Source of the DNA: Dehalococcoidia bacterium
Lineage (GTDB): Bacteria; Chloroflexota; Dehalococcoidia; GIF9; AB-539-J10
NCBI GenBank assembly: GCA_021162545.1
Contig: JAGGYM010000053.1
Location: forward strand, 10,272 to 74,271
DNA: 64,000 bases
Direction: 5' to 3'
This document shows, piece by piece, positions 19,852 to 28,706 of the stretch. The position numbers and the translations under genes are program-made. The notes below the pieces were generated by a model that was not told the DNA's origin, did not search any database, and worked only from the letters and a program-made list of their open reading frames with translations. The first letter of the stretch is position 1; each line of letters opens with the position of its first letter.

Positions 19852-21585
19852 ATGGCTAAATACAAAGCAGATCCGGTTACCATGCAGGTTATTCGCTATG
19901 CGCTCGAGGCAGTGGCGGATGATATGGGGCATGCCCTGCAGCGCATGGGACGAAGCACCATCGTCAAGGAAATCATGGATTTTAACTGTGCCGTCCTTGG
20001 CCGCGAGGGCGACATTCTGGCTCAGGCGCATCTGTGTCCGCTGATGATGTTCAGCTTGCCTCGTACCTGCTATAACATAGTGCAGCATTACCCCGCAGAT
20101 TCCTGGCAGGAAGGCGATGTCATTATGACCAACGATCCCTACTTGGGAGGCCAGCACCTGCTCGATGTGCAGTTTTTCTCTCCGGTAATACACGAGGGCA
20201 AACACGTGGGCTTTGTGGCCAACATTTGTCACCAGCTGGATATGGGAGGAGCGGTCCCCGGAGGTGTAGCCGGAGGGCTCACCGAGATATATCAGGAAGG
20301 TCTGCGCATTCCCTTCGTTAAGATTCTCAAGGGGGGAAAAGAAGACGAAGAACTTTTCTCCCTTGTTGGACGGAACATTCGTATCCCGGAGAAGACCCTG
20401 TCTGACTTCAGGGCTCAAATTGCCACTACTGCAGTGGGGGTAAACAGGGTGAAAGAGGTCATAGATAAGTATGGATTGGATATCTTCCAGCAAAGCACTC
20501 AAATGCTGATAGATTACAGCGAGAAGCGAATCCGACGCTTCATCAGCGAACTCCCCGACGGTGACTACACCGGAGAAGACTGGCTGGACGATGATGGGCA
20601 CAGTGACGACCCCATTAGACTCCAGGTCAATGTACATGTACAGGGCGACACCATGAAGGTCGATTTTAAAGGTACTGCCAAGCAGGTTAAAGGCAATATC
20701 AATTGTCCCTGGTCCTGCAGCGAAGGAGCCGTGTTCTATACCGCAGTGGGCTTAATAGACCCCTATATGCCCATAAACGCCGGCTGTTTTCGCCCCATTG
20801 AAGTAACACCCGATGAGGGACTCATCACCTGTCCACTCCCGCCAGGAGCAGTCACCGCGCGCAGCCAGACGATGACCAAGATCACCGAGGCCATGCTCAG
20901 AGCCGTAGCTCCAATCCTGCCCAGTAAAGTTGTTTCAGGAAGTCATGGTCAGGCCACTACTTGCAGCTTCGCGGGAATTCATCCCGAGACGGGCAGGCCT
21001 TTTGGCTACATAGAAATCCAGGGGGGAGGCTGCGGTGCCAGGCCAGACAAGGATGGAGCTGATGGCCAGGACTTACACCTGGGACGGTTCATGAACACCC
21101 CGGTAGAGGCGGTGGAGATGGAATATCCCGTTACTATCGAGCGATACGGGTTCATTCCCGATTCAGCGGGGGCAGGAAGATGGAGGGGAGGCCTCAGCAT
21201 GCGCCGGGACATCCGCTTCCACGCAGATGTTACCTTCGCCAGGTACTCCGACAGACGCAAGTTTGCTCCTCAGGGAATCTTCGGGGGCAAAGAAGGAATC
21301 AAGGGTGACATGGTGCTCAACCCCGGCACTGATAAAGAAGAGCACCCCGAATCCAAGGGTGTCAGCGAGATAAAGGCGGGAGACCTTCTCAGCCTTCGCC
21401 TGCCCGGCAGCGGTGGCTATGGCCCCCCCTGGAAGCGAGAAGCCTCCAAAGTTCGCTGGGACGTGCTTAACGGCAAGATCAGCGCCGAATCAGCCAGGGA
21501 CAATTATCTGGTAGTCCTTAATCCTGATATCACGGTCAATGAGGAGAAGACGAAAGCCCTGCGAGACAGAGCTTCAGTTAAATAG
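19852..21585 (+). CDS. hyuB: hydantoinase B/oxoprolinase family protein (HyuB)
   Basis: 577 aa from the Met at 19852, which has a GGAGG RBS 6 nt upstream. DPVTMQVIRYAL…NDPYLGGQHL is the HyuB signature. Confidence 0.85.
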   Translation: MAKYKADPVTMQVIRYALEAVADDMGHALQRMGRSTIVKEIMDFNCAVLGREGDILAQAHLCPLMMFSLPRTCYNIVQHYPADSWQEGDVIMTNDPYLGGQHLLDVQFFSPVIHEGKHVGFVANICHQLDMGGAVPGGVAGGLTEIYQEGLRIPFVKILKGGKEDEELFSLVGRNIRIPEKTLSDFRAQIATTAVGVNRVKEVIDKYGLDIFQQSTQMLIDYSEKRIRRFISELPDGDYTGEDWLDDDGHSDDPIRLQVNVHVQGDTMKVDFKGTAKQVKGNINCPWSCSEGAVFYTAVGLIDPYMPINAGCFRPIEVTPDEGLITCPLPPGAVTARSQTMTKITEAMLRAVAPILPSKVVSGSHGQATTCSFAGIHPETGRPFGYIEIQGGGCGARPDKDGADGQDLHLGRFMNTPVEAVEMEYPVTIERYGFIPDSAGAGRWRGGLSMRRDIRFHADVTFARYSDRRKFAPQGIFGGKEGIKGDMVLNPGTDKEEHPESKGVSEIKAGDLLSLRLPGSGGYGPPWKREASKVRWDVLNGKISAESARDNYLVVLNPDITVNEEKTKALRDRASVK

Positions 21586-21702
21586 AATTGACTTCGCCCC
21601 AAGTGGTATACTGACCCTGTTCTGAGAAACAAAGTCAGAGAAACTAAAAGCCCAGGAGAGTGCTTGAAATAGAGGGCTCTCTTGGTTTGTGTAACTGATG
21701 TT

Positions 21703-23955
21703 ATGAATGACGAAATTGAAACCAAAAGAGCTCTTTGTTTTGCCTGTTCCGGGCTGGCAGGAGTTGAAGCTACCGTCAAAGATGGCAGGGTAGTAAAACT
21801 CAGTGGCGAGCCGGACCACTTCATGAACAAGGGATGGCTTTGTGACAGGTCCCGGGCATTCATGGAACATCTTTATCATCCCGACCGCCTGAATTACCCC
21901 TTGAAAAGAGCCGGCCGCAGAGGAGAAAACAAGTGGGAGAGGATTTCCTGGGACCAGGCCCTGGATGAAATAGCCAAAAAGCTAAAAGAGATAAAAGCGG
22001 ATTACGGAGCCGAGGCCCTGGCCAGCGTCTGTGGCACCGGCAGGGGACACCAGCAAATAATAAAAGAGAGGTTCATGAACCTCTTCGGCAGCCCCAACAG
22101 TGCCAATGCAGGGCAGTGGTGTGCCATTTATAACTACATGCTTGAGGCAGCAATCTATGGAGGGGCTACAAGGGGGAAATCGGGCCTTGGCGTTGGCAAG
22201 TGTCTCGTGTTGTGGGGAAAGGAACCGGCAGAATCTCAGGCATGCACCTTCCGAAACCTGCTGGAGCTGAAACGTGCTGGCACCAAGTTTATTGTCATTG
22301 ACCCGAAGCTTTCGCTGAGCGTGGATAAGCTCGCCGATGTATGGCTGCAGATTAGACCCGGCACGGATGCCGCTCTGGCACTGGGCTGGTTAAACGTCAT
22401 CATAGCAGAAGAACTCTACGACAAGGAATTCGTGGACAAATGGTGTTACGGCTTTGACCAGCTGAAGGAAAGGGTGAAGGAGTATCCCCCTGAGAAGGTA
22501 GCCGAGATAACCTGGATTCCCGAAGAAAAAATAGTGGAGGCGGCGCGTTTATATGCCACCAGCAAACCGGCATCTATCCAGTGGGGAGTAAAAGGAGGAG
22601 ATATGGAGGGGGTGAACGCCTCCTCAATGATGCACGCCAAGTGCATCCTGCGCGCCATTACCGGCAACCTCGACGTTCCGGGAGGTGACATAATCCAGGG
22701 GCCATGCGAGAAGGCCAACTATGGCCCCATCTTTGAATGCCTGGACATGATTCCACCGAAGCAGAGAGCCAAGCAGCTGGGCGCTGATAAGTACCGGGCG
22801 TGGACCTGGCCGGGCTATGAAATTATCTACGAAGCGGGCAAGCGCTACTGGTACGGGAAAGGTTGTTTTGGCGGTTATGCTCCTGCCTGCGACTTCCCCA
22901 GCTTGTGGCGAGCCATAATCACGGGCAAGCCATACCCGGTGAAGGCCTTGATATGCGGAGGGCACAATCCCCTCCTGGCCAATGCCAATACGCACATCGT
23001 CTACAAAGCACTCAAGAGTCCCAACCTCGAGCTAACTGTGGTTCTGGAGCAGTGGATGACGCCCAGCGCCATGCTGGCCGACTACGTCTTTCCCGTTGCC
23101 AACTGGTTGGAAAAGCCCGTTGTATCTATGCATACCAGCCAGGGCATGGGAAACTATGTTTCCATCGGGGAGAAGGTGGTAGAACCTCTCTACGATCGTA
23201 AGCCCGATCACTATTTCTACCGGGAACTTGGCTTGAGGCTCGGTCAGGAGAAGTACTGGTGCGACACGCTTGAAGACGAGTTCACCTGGCTGCTTGAGCC
23301 CCTGCTGGATGAATTGGGCTACGATTCCGCCATGGAATTTGCCAGGAAAGAGAGGTGGTGGCATCCACCTTTTGTGGAAAAGCGGTATGAAAAGATAAAT
23401 CCCAAGACGGGGAAGCAATGGGGTTTCGCCACGCCCACGGGAAAAGCCGAAGTTTATTCCACCTGGTTTGAGCAGCTTGGCTATGACCCCCTGCCTCATT
23501 ACGAAGAGCCGCCCGAAACGCCGGTAAGCAACCCTGAACTGGCCAAAGAATATCCCCTTATCCTCATGACGGGTATGCGGTTCAGGGCCATGCACCATTC
23601 AGAACACAGACAGATTTCCTCTTTACGGAGGCTGCAACCTTACCCCACAACCAGGATCCATCCTGATACGGCTCGAGAGCTCGGGATAAAAGATGGCGAC
23701 TGGGTTTTTATCGAGACCGTCAGGGGAAGAATCAAACAAAAGGCCTCTCTTTATGCTGGCATAAATCCAAAGGTAGTTGAGATTCAGCACGGCTGGTGGT
23801 TCCCGGAGAAAAAAGCGGAGGACCCCTCGTTGTTCGGGGTCTTCGAGTCCAACGCCAACGTGTTAACCGAAGACGATGAAAAACATCGAGATGCTCCGTC
23901 GGGGGCAGTAGCTTTTGTTCCTTACCTGTGCAAGGTTTACCCGGCAAATGAGTAA
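21703..23955 (+). CDS. molybdopterin/tungstopterin oxidoreductase, DMSO-reductase (MopB) family catalytic subunit; cytoplasmic (no Tat signal); alternative start at 21682
   Basis: About 750 aa. It has an N-terminal MopB Fe-S region, MGD-binding domains and a C-terminal molybdopterin dinucleotide-binding beta-barrel (…HGWWFPE…). The N-terminal motif reads C-x2-C-x3-A-x27-C, so the third Cys is replaced by Ala. Confidence 0.8.
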   Translation: MNDEIETKRALCFACSGLAGVEATVKDGRVVKLSGEPDHFMNKGWLCDRSRAFMEHLYHPDRLNYPLKRAGRRGENKWERISWDQALDEIAKKLKEIKADYGAEALASVCGTGRGHQQIIKERFMNLFGSPNSANAGQWCAIYNYMLEAAIYGGATRGKSGLGVGKCLVLWGKEPAESQACTFRNLLELKRAGTKFIVIDPKLSLSVDKLADVWLQIRPGTDAALALGWLNVIIAEELYDKEFVDKWCYGFDQLKERVKEYPPEKVAEITWIPEEKIVEAARLYATSKPASIQWGVKGGDMEGVNASSMMHAKCILRAITGNLDVPGGDIIQGPCEKANYGPIFECLDMIPPKQRAKQLGADKYRAWTWPGYEIIYEAGKRYWYGKGCFGGYAPACDFPSLWRAIITGKPYPVKALICGGHNPLLANANTHIVYKALKSPNLELTVVLEQWMTPSAMLADYVFPVANWLEKPVVSMHTSQGMGNYVSIGEKVVEPLYDRKPDHYFYRELGLRLGQEKYWCDTLEDEFTWLLEPLLDELGYDSAMEFARKERWWHPPFVEKRYEKINPKTGKQWGFATPTGKAEVYSTWFEQLGYDPLPHYEEPPETPVSNPELAKEYPLILMTGMRFRAMHHSEHRQISSLRRLQPYPTTRIHPDTARELGIKDGDWVFIETVRGRIKQKASLYAGINPKVVEIQHGWWFPEKKAEDPSLFGVFESNANVLTEDDEKHRDAPSGAVAFVPYLCKVYPANE

Positions 23956-23981
23956 GAGGAGCTGCACGTTACATTCGAGAT

Positions 23982-24623
23982 ATGGCTAAAGTGCATCTGG
24001 CCATCGATGGAGTGGACGTTGAGGTTGACCAAGGCACCACCATACTGGAAGCAGCTCGAGAAGCGGGCATTTATATCCCCACCCTGTGCTTTCATCCCGA
24101 TTTGCCGCTATCGCTAGCTGTGTGCCGCCTGTGCGTTGTTGAGGCTACAGAGGCGGAATCGCGGTTCCCCAGCTCGTGTGTCACCCCGGTTGCATGGGGG
24201 ATGATAGTTCGCACGGATACGCCAGCTGTCAAAGAGATCCGGCGGCACTTCTTCAAAGCCATTTTCTCTCCACTGCCAAGCCCCAGGCTCAACATGCCGG
24301 AGTTGAAGAAGCTCGCGGACTACATAGGTGTAGGGGAGGAGGATTTCCCCCCTTATGTTTTCAAGAACCTTCCCGTTGACCGCGACCAGCCGCTTCTCGA
24401 ACTGGACCACAACCGCTGTATCCTTTGCGAATTATGTATCAGGGCATGTAAAAAGGAACTGGGGGGAACCGGGGCAATAGACTTCGACTACAGGGGAGGG
24501 AGATGGATGGTAGTTCCTTTTCCTTCACCATCGCTCAAGGAAAACGGCTGCAGATTTTGTGGCCTCTGCGTGGAAGTGTGCCCCACGGGCGCGCTGAGAT
24601 ATAAGAAAGGTGAGAGTAATTGA
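23982..24623 (+). CDS. NuoG/HoxU-N-terminal-like iron-sulfur protein (2Fe-2S ferredoxin fold, a His/Cys3 [4Fe-4S] and a [4Fe-4S]), standalone copy
   Basis: 213 aa with CFHPDLPLSLAVCRLC (2Fe-2S), HNRCILCELCIRAC and CRFCGLCVEVCPTG. It is about 93% nucleotide-identical to the 5' 640 bp of the next gene. Confidence 0.75.
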   Translation: MAKVHLAIDGVDVEVDQGTTILEAAREAGIYIPTLCFHPDLPLSLAVCRLCVVEATEAESRFPSSCVTPVAWGMIVRTDTPAVKEIRRHFFKAIFSPLPSPRLNMPELKKLADYIGVGEEDFPPYVFKNLPVDRDQPLLELDHNRCILCELCIRACKKELGGTGAIDFDYRGGRWMVVPFPSPSLKENGCRFCGLCVEVCPTGALRYKKGESN

Positions 24624-25283
24624 TCACAGGAGGCAAAGAATATGGGTAAATTGCATCTGGCCATCGATGGCGTGGACGTTGAGGTTGATCAAGGCACCAC
24701 CATACTGGAAGCAGCTCGAGGAGCGGGCATTTATATTCCCACCCTGTGCTTTCATCCTGATTTGCCACTATCGCTAGCTGTCTGCCGCCTGTGCGTTGTT
24801 GAAGCTACGGAGGCGGAATCACGGTTCCCCAGTTCGTGTGTCACCCCGGTTGCACGGGGGATGATAGTTCGCACAAATACGCCAGCAGTCAGAGAGCTCC
24901 GGCGGCATTTCTTCAAGGCCCTGCTCACTCCACTGCCGAGCCCCAGGCTCAATATGCCGGGGTTGAAAAAGCTCGCGGACTACATAGGCGTAGAAGAGGG
25001 GGATTTCCCCCCTTATGTCTCCAGAAACCTTCCCGTTGACCGCGACCAGCCGCTTTTCGAACTGGACCACAACCGCTGTATCCTCTGCGGGCTATGCATA
25101 AGAGCATGCAAGGAACTGCGTGGTGTAGGGGCAATAGACTTCAGTCTCAAGGGCGAGAGCTGGACGGCAGGCCCCTTTCCCTCTCCATCGCTCAAGGAAA
25201 ACGGCTGCAGATTTTGTGGCCTCTGCGTGGAAGCGTGCCCTACAGGTGCACTGACGGACAGAGATGGAGGATGGGTCGACCGC
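23982..25283 (+). repeat. tandem direct duplication (~640 bp units at 23982..24623 and 24642..25283, ~93% nt identity)
   Basis: I aligned the two units by eye. The first 280 nt of each differ at about 20 positions and both keep an open frame with the same Cys motifs. Confidence 0.8.
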
Positions 25284-26759
25284 GACAAGCCACAGGCCCC
25301 CTGTACCCAGGCCTGTCCTGCGGGAGTTGACGTGCCGCGATACGTTTGGCTCATAGGACAGCGGAGATTCGATGACGCAGCGGCAGTTATCAGGGAAGAG
25401 GTTACTTTTCCCGGAGTTTTAGGTCGGGTATGCCCTCATCCCTGCGAAGAAAAGTGCCAGCGCGCCGCGCTAACCGAGCCCATCGCAATAGCGGCTTTGA
25501 AACGCACTGCTGCAGAGCAAAGCGTCAGCTGGCACCAAAATTTGCCGGCGGTTGTTGCCACCGGCAAAAAAATTGCCATCGTGGGCTCAGGCCCATGCGG
25601 TCTTACCGCCGGTTACCATCTGGCGCGCAAAGGCCACTCCGTGACCGTGTTTGAGGAGACGCTGGAACCGGGCGGCATGATGCGGTTGTGCATTCCGTCC
25701 TACCGTCTGCCCCGGCACATACTGGCGCAGGAAATAGAAGAGATCAAAAGAGCGGGGGTCGCCATAAAAACGGGCGCGAAAGTGGAATCGGTGAGCAAAC
25801 TCTTTCAGCAGGGGTACAATGCTGTCCTGCTTGCCACCGGAGCTCACCAGTCGCTCAAGCTGGGCATAGAAGGTGAAAACGGTCCCGGTGTGATGAACGG
25901 CGTTGCTTTCTTAAAAGACGCAAACCTGGGAAAAGTGCGCCACATTGAGGGATGGATAGCGGTCGTTGGTGGAGGAAATGCTGCCATAGATTCTGCACGA
26001 GTGGCCTTGCGGATGGGAGCTCAGAGGGTAACCATCCTCTACAGGCGCTCCCGTACAGAGATGCCAGCAGATGTCGAGCAGGTGGAAGCGGCACTGGAAG
26101 AGGGGATTGAAATCGAATTTCTCACTGCTCCCACGAAGATACTCAGAAAAGGCGGCAGCCTCCAGGTCGAATGCATCCGGATGAAGCTGGGAGAGAAAGA
26201 TGCCAGCGGGAGACAGCGGCCCCTTCCCATCGAAGGGAGCGAGCGCGTTCTTGAGTTTGACACTCTCCTTGCAGCCATCGGAGAAACTGCTGAAAGTTCC
26301 TTCATTGGAGAAAACGACTCCGTGCAAATTGGCAATACGGGGTTGATCGCAGTTGATGAGAGTGGCGTGACAACTGATATGCCGGGCGTTTATGCGGCAG
26401 GCGATGCAGTCAGCGGCCCATCTACCGTTATCGAGGCCATCGCTATGGGGAAGAAAGCCGCCGCATCCATCGATAAATACCTCGGTGGAGATGGAGATAT
26501 AAGCGAAAATCTAATTGAGCCGGCAGTGCCCAATTTACGGGCGGAACCCGTAGAGGACTTCGCTGACCTGAATCGCGTTCGAAAACCCTGTCTGCCAGTC
26601 GAGCAACGAATGATTCTCGCTCCAGATGGAACTTTCCCCGAGGTAGAGCTTGGATTTACTGGAGCCATGGCGTCCGAAGAAGCAAGCCGATGCTTGCAAT
26701 GCCAGCTAAGGTTCAGCATTTCTCCTGTTGTGCCTCTGCCAGCAAAACAGGCGCGTTAA
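24642..26759 (+). CDS. fusion protein: NuoG-N-terminal-like Fe-S module plus 2x[4Fe-4S] plus GltD-like NAD(P)H-dependent FAD oxidoreductase
   Basis: 705 aa. The first ~200 aa are near-identical to the preceding ORF. Then comes a dinucleotide-binding GltD-like domain (KIAIVGSGPCGLTAGYHLA…AAGDAVSGPSTVIEAIAMG). Confidence 0.8.
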   Translation: MGKLHLAIDGVDVEVDQGTTILEAARGAGIYIPTLCFHPDLPLSLAVCRLCVVEATEAESRFPSSCVTPVARGMIVRTNTPAVRELRRHFFKALLTPLPSPRLNMPGLKKLADYIGVEEGDFPPYVSRNLPVDRDQPLFELDHNRCILCGLCIRACKELRGVGAIDFSLKGESWTAGPFPSPSLKENGCRFCGLCVEACPTGALTDRDGGWVDRDKPQAPCTQACPAGVDVPRYVWLIGQRRFDDAAAVIREEVTFPGVLGRVCPHPCEEKCQRAALTEPIAIAALKRTAAEQSVSWHQNLPAVVATGKKIAIVGSGPCGLTAGYHLARKGHSVTVFEETLEPGGMMRLCIPSYRLPRHILAQEIEEIKRAGVAIKTGAKVESVSKLFQQGYNAVLLATGAHQSLKLGIEGENGPGVMNGVAFLKDANLGKVRHIEGWIAVVGGGNAAIDSARVALRMGAQRVTILYRRSRTEMPADVEQVEAALEEGIEIEFLTAPTKILRKGGSLQVECIRMKLGEKDASGRQRPLPIEGSERVLEFDTLLAAIGETAESSFIGENDSVQIGNTGLIAVDESGVTTDMPGVYAAGDAVSGPSTVIEAIAMGKKAAASIDKYLGGDGDISENLIEPAVPNLRAEPVEDFADLNRVRKPCLPVEQRMILAPDGTFPEVELGFTGAMASEEASRCLQCQLRFSISPVVPLPAKQAR

Positions 26760-26769
26760 GGAGGATACG

Positions 26770-27750
26770 ATGTTTTCCAGCGAAGTAGTCATCAACGAAG
26801 AACGATGTCGTGGATGTGGATATTGTGTGCAATTTTGCCCTCGAGAATGTCTGGAACTGGACAGGGACAAGATCGGCCCCCTGGGATGTGCCCTGCCCGT
26901 TTTGACCAAAGCTGAGCAATGCAATACTTGTGGGGTTTGTGCCAGAATGTGTCCCCACTGGGCAATAGAGGTTTTCGCAACTCTAAAGATTCCGGAGGAA
27001 GCTCCCATCAGGGAAAAAATTGCAGGCTTACCAAAGTTGATGCCTTCTCCACCTCTGGCAAACTGTGCCGGATGTCAGCATCCAACGGTGGGCAGGCTCA
27101 TTGCCGGAGTTATAGCTGAACTGGGGCTCCGCGATAAGTTCGTCGCTCTCGATGGCATAAGCTGTGGAGGTTCATCAGTGTTAAGCATGGATTTCGGGCA
27201 GGTAGTGGGCATATATGACGACCCGATCGAGATGGCTCTGGCGGCCAAGCGCGCCCATCCCGATAAAGTCGTACTCGCTTTACTGAACAGCCCGAAGTTC
27301 GATATCATCGGCTACGATTCTTTGATGAGGGCGCTGACTTCGTCTGAAAAGATTACGATCATTAACTGTAATGACCCTCTCTATGGCCCGTGGCCGGCAA
27401 AGTGGCGCGTGGCCACTCCGGTGAGCTGCGTTCCTGATCCTGCTGCCGGGGAATTGACTGTAAGCAAATATCATGTACCGATGGCTGAAATGGCAGCAAC
27501 GTTCGACGGAGTTGCCTACAGCGCCCGTGGCGCTTTTACCTCGCTGGATGATTATGAGCACACAAAAAGCTATCTCAGAACTGCCATTCAAAAGCAGGTG
27601 CATAATGCCGGTTTTAGTTTTGTGGACGTTCTTTGCGCATGCATGGTTTTATCATATGAGAATCCCGTGGATTGTTTGCGGTGGATCAAAGAGGAGATGG
27701 TTGCTAAACTCCCTCTGGGCATATACAAGAACACCGATCGCGAGAGATAA
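26770..27750 (+). CDS. 2x[4Fe-4S] ferredoxin domain fused to a 2-oxoacid:ferredoxin-oxidoreductase beta-subunit-like (TPP-fold) domain; function unknown
   Basis: There is an RBS aggaggatacg before the ATG at 26770. The N-terminus reads CRGCGYCVQFCP…CNTCGVCARMCP. A CAGCQHP motif sits where OFOR beta subunits carry CPGCGH. No clear GDG TPP motif was seen. The track ORF starts at 26728. Confidence 0.5.
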   Translation: MFSSEVVINEERCRGCGYCVQFCPRECLELDRDKIGPLGCALPVLTKAEQCNTCGVCARMCPHWAIEVFATLKIPEEAPIREKIAGLPKLMPSPPLANCAGCQHPTVGRLIAGVIAELGLRDKFVALDGISCGGSSVLSMDFGQVVGIYDDPIEMALAAKRAHPDKVVLALLNSPKFDIIGYDSLMRALTSSEKITIINCNDPLYGPWPAKWRVATPVSCVPDPAAGELTVSKYHVPMAEMAATFDGVAYSARGAFTSLDDYEHTKSYLRTAIQKQVHNAGFSFVDVLCACMVLSYENPVDCLRWIKEEMVAKLPLGIYKNTDRER

Positions 27751-27755
27751 TGAGC

Positions 27756-28706
27756 TCATACCCGGATATGTGGAGCAAGAGACCTCAACGCTCGCGCTAG
27801 ATCCTCCGGCAACGAGCACCTGAATTCCTGGTATTCATCGTTACGTGGGAGACGGAAGCCCAGATAGTGAGCATGAACAAACTGTCTCTTCAGAAACGGC
27901 ACTCTCGCGCCATAAACAGGGTCGCCTGCTACCGGATAGCCGATAGCTTTCAGGTGCACCCGTATCTGGTGAGTGCGTCCTGTCAAAGTAGCCACTTCTA
28001 TTAAGGTGTAGCCCTCCAGATATTCCTCGACTTCGTACCTGGAGATGGCTTCCTTTCCCGTTTCAACTATCGCCATTTGCCTGCGGTGATGGGGATCTCT
28101 GCCTATAGGCGCCTCAATTATCCCCCGGACAGGCGACAGCCTGCCCTTCACCAGAACGAGATACCCTTTACTTACGGTGCGGTCCTTGAACTGGCCTGCG
28201 AGATACCTGCGAGCGAAGTCGTTCTTGGCTATCACGATAAGCCCTGAAGTATCCTTATCCAGCCTGTGAACTATGCCGGAGCGCATGGGGTCATCGCCCG
28301 TATCTATGTGAGGACAATAGGATAGAATGGCATTGACCAGCGTATGCGCGGGGTGCCCCGGGGATGGGTGAGTAATCAGTCCGGGGGGCTTGTCAAGGAC
28401 CAGGATATCTTCATCTTCGTAAACCATGCTCAGAGGTATCTTCTCAGGTGAAGGGCGCTCCGGCAGAACCGGGAGCATGATGGTTATCCTGTCAGTTTCC
28501 TTCAATTTCAGGCTCGCTTTCGCCTTCTGTTCGTTAACCAGAACGCAGTCCTGCTCAACGAATTTCTTTATGCCGGAGCGGGAAAATTGTGGTAAAGTCT
28601 GCACCAGGTATTTATCCAGACGGCTACCCGCCATGGTCGGATCGACCTGGAGCGTCTCAACTTTCATCCCCACGTCCATGTTCATGCATCTTGCTGAAGA
28701 AGCCAT
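27756..28706 (-). CDS. rluD: 23S rRNA pseudouridine synthase, RluA family (RluD-like); the true start is probably the internal Met near 28667
   Basis: It has an S4 domain (LDKYLVQTLPQFSRSGIKKFV) and the catalytic motif HRLDKDTSGLIVIAKN. Confidence 0.88.
   Translation of the reverse strand: MASSARCMNMDVGMKVETLQVDPTMAGSRLDKYLVQTLPQFSRSGIKKFVEQDCVLVNEQKAKASLKLKETDRITIMLPVLPERPSPEKIPLSMVYEDEDILVLDKPPGLITHPSPGHPAHTLVNAILSYCPHIDTGDDPMRSGIVHRLDKDTSGLIVIAKNDFARRYLAGQFKDRTVSKGYLVLVKGRLSPVRGIIEAPIGRDPHHRRQMAIVETGKEAISRYEVEEYLEGYTLIEVATLTGRTHQIRVHLKAIGYPVAGDPVYGARVPFLKRQFVHAHYLGFRLPRNDEYQEFRCSLPEDLARALRSLAPHIRV

Noticed and set aside
17859-20637. Several minus-strand ORFs (202, 139 and 272 aa) inside hyuA and hyuB
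   Set aside because: They are antisense to HyuA/HyuB, whose family motifs are clear. Their composition is low-complexity.
23982-25283. The tandem duplication as a pure assembly artefact
   Set aside because: The copies differ at about 7% of positions, with mostly conservative coding changes. They have different downstream contexts (a stop in one, a flavoprotein domain in the other). A collapsed-repeat artefact would normally give identical copies. It is still flagged for read-level verification.
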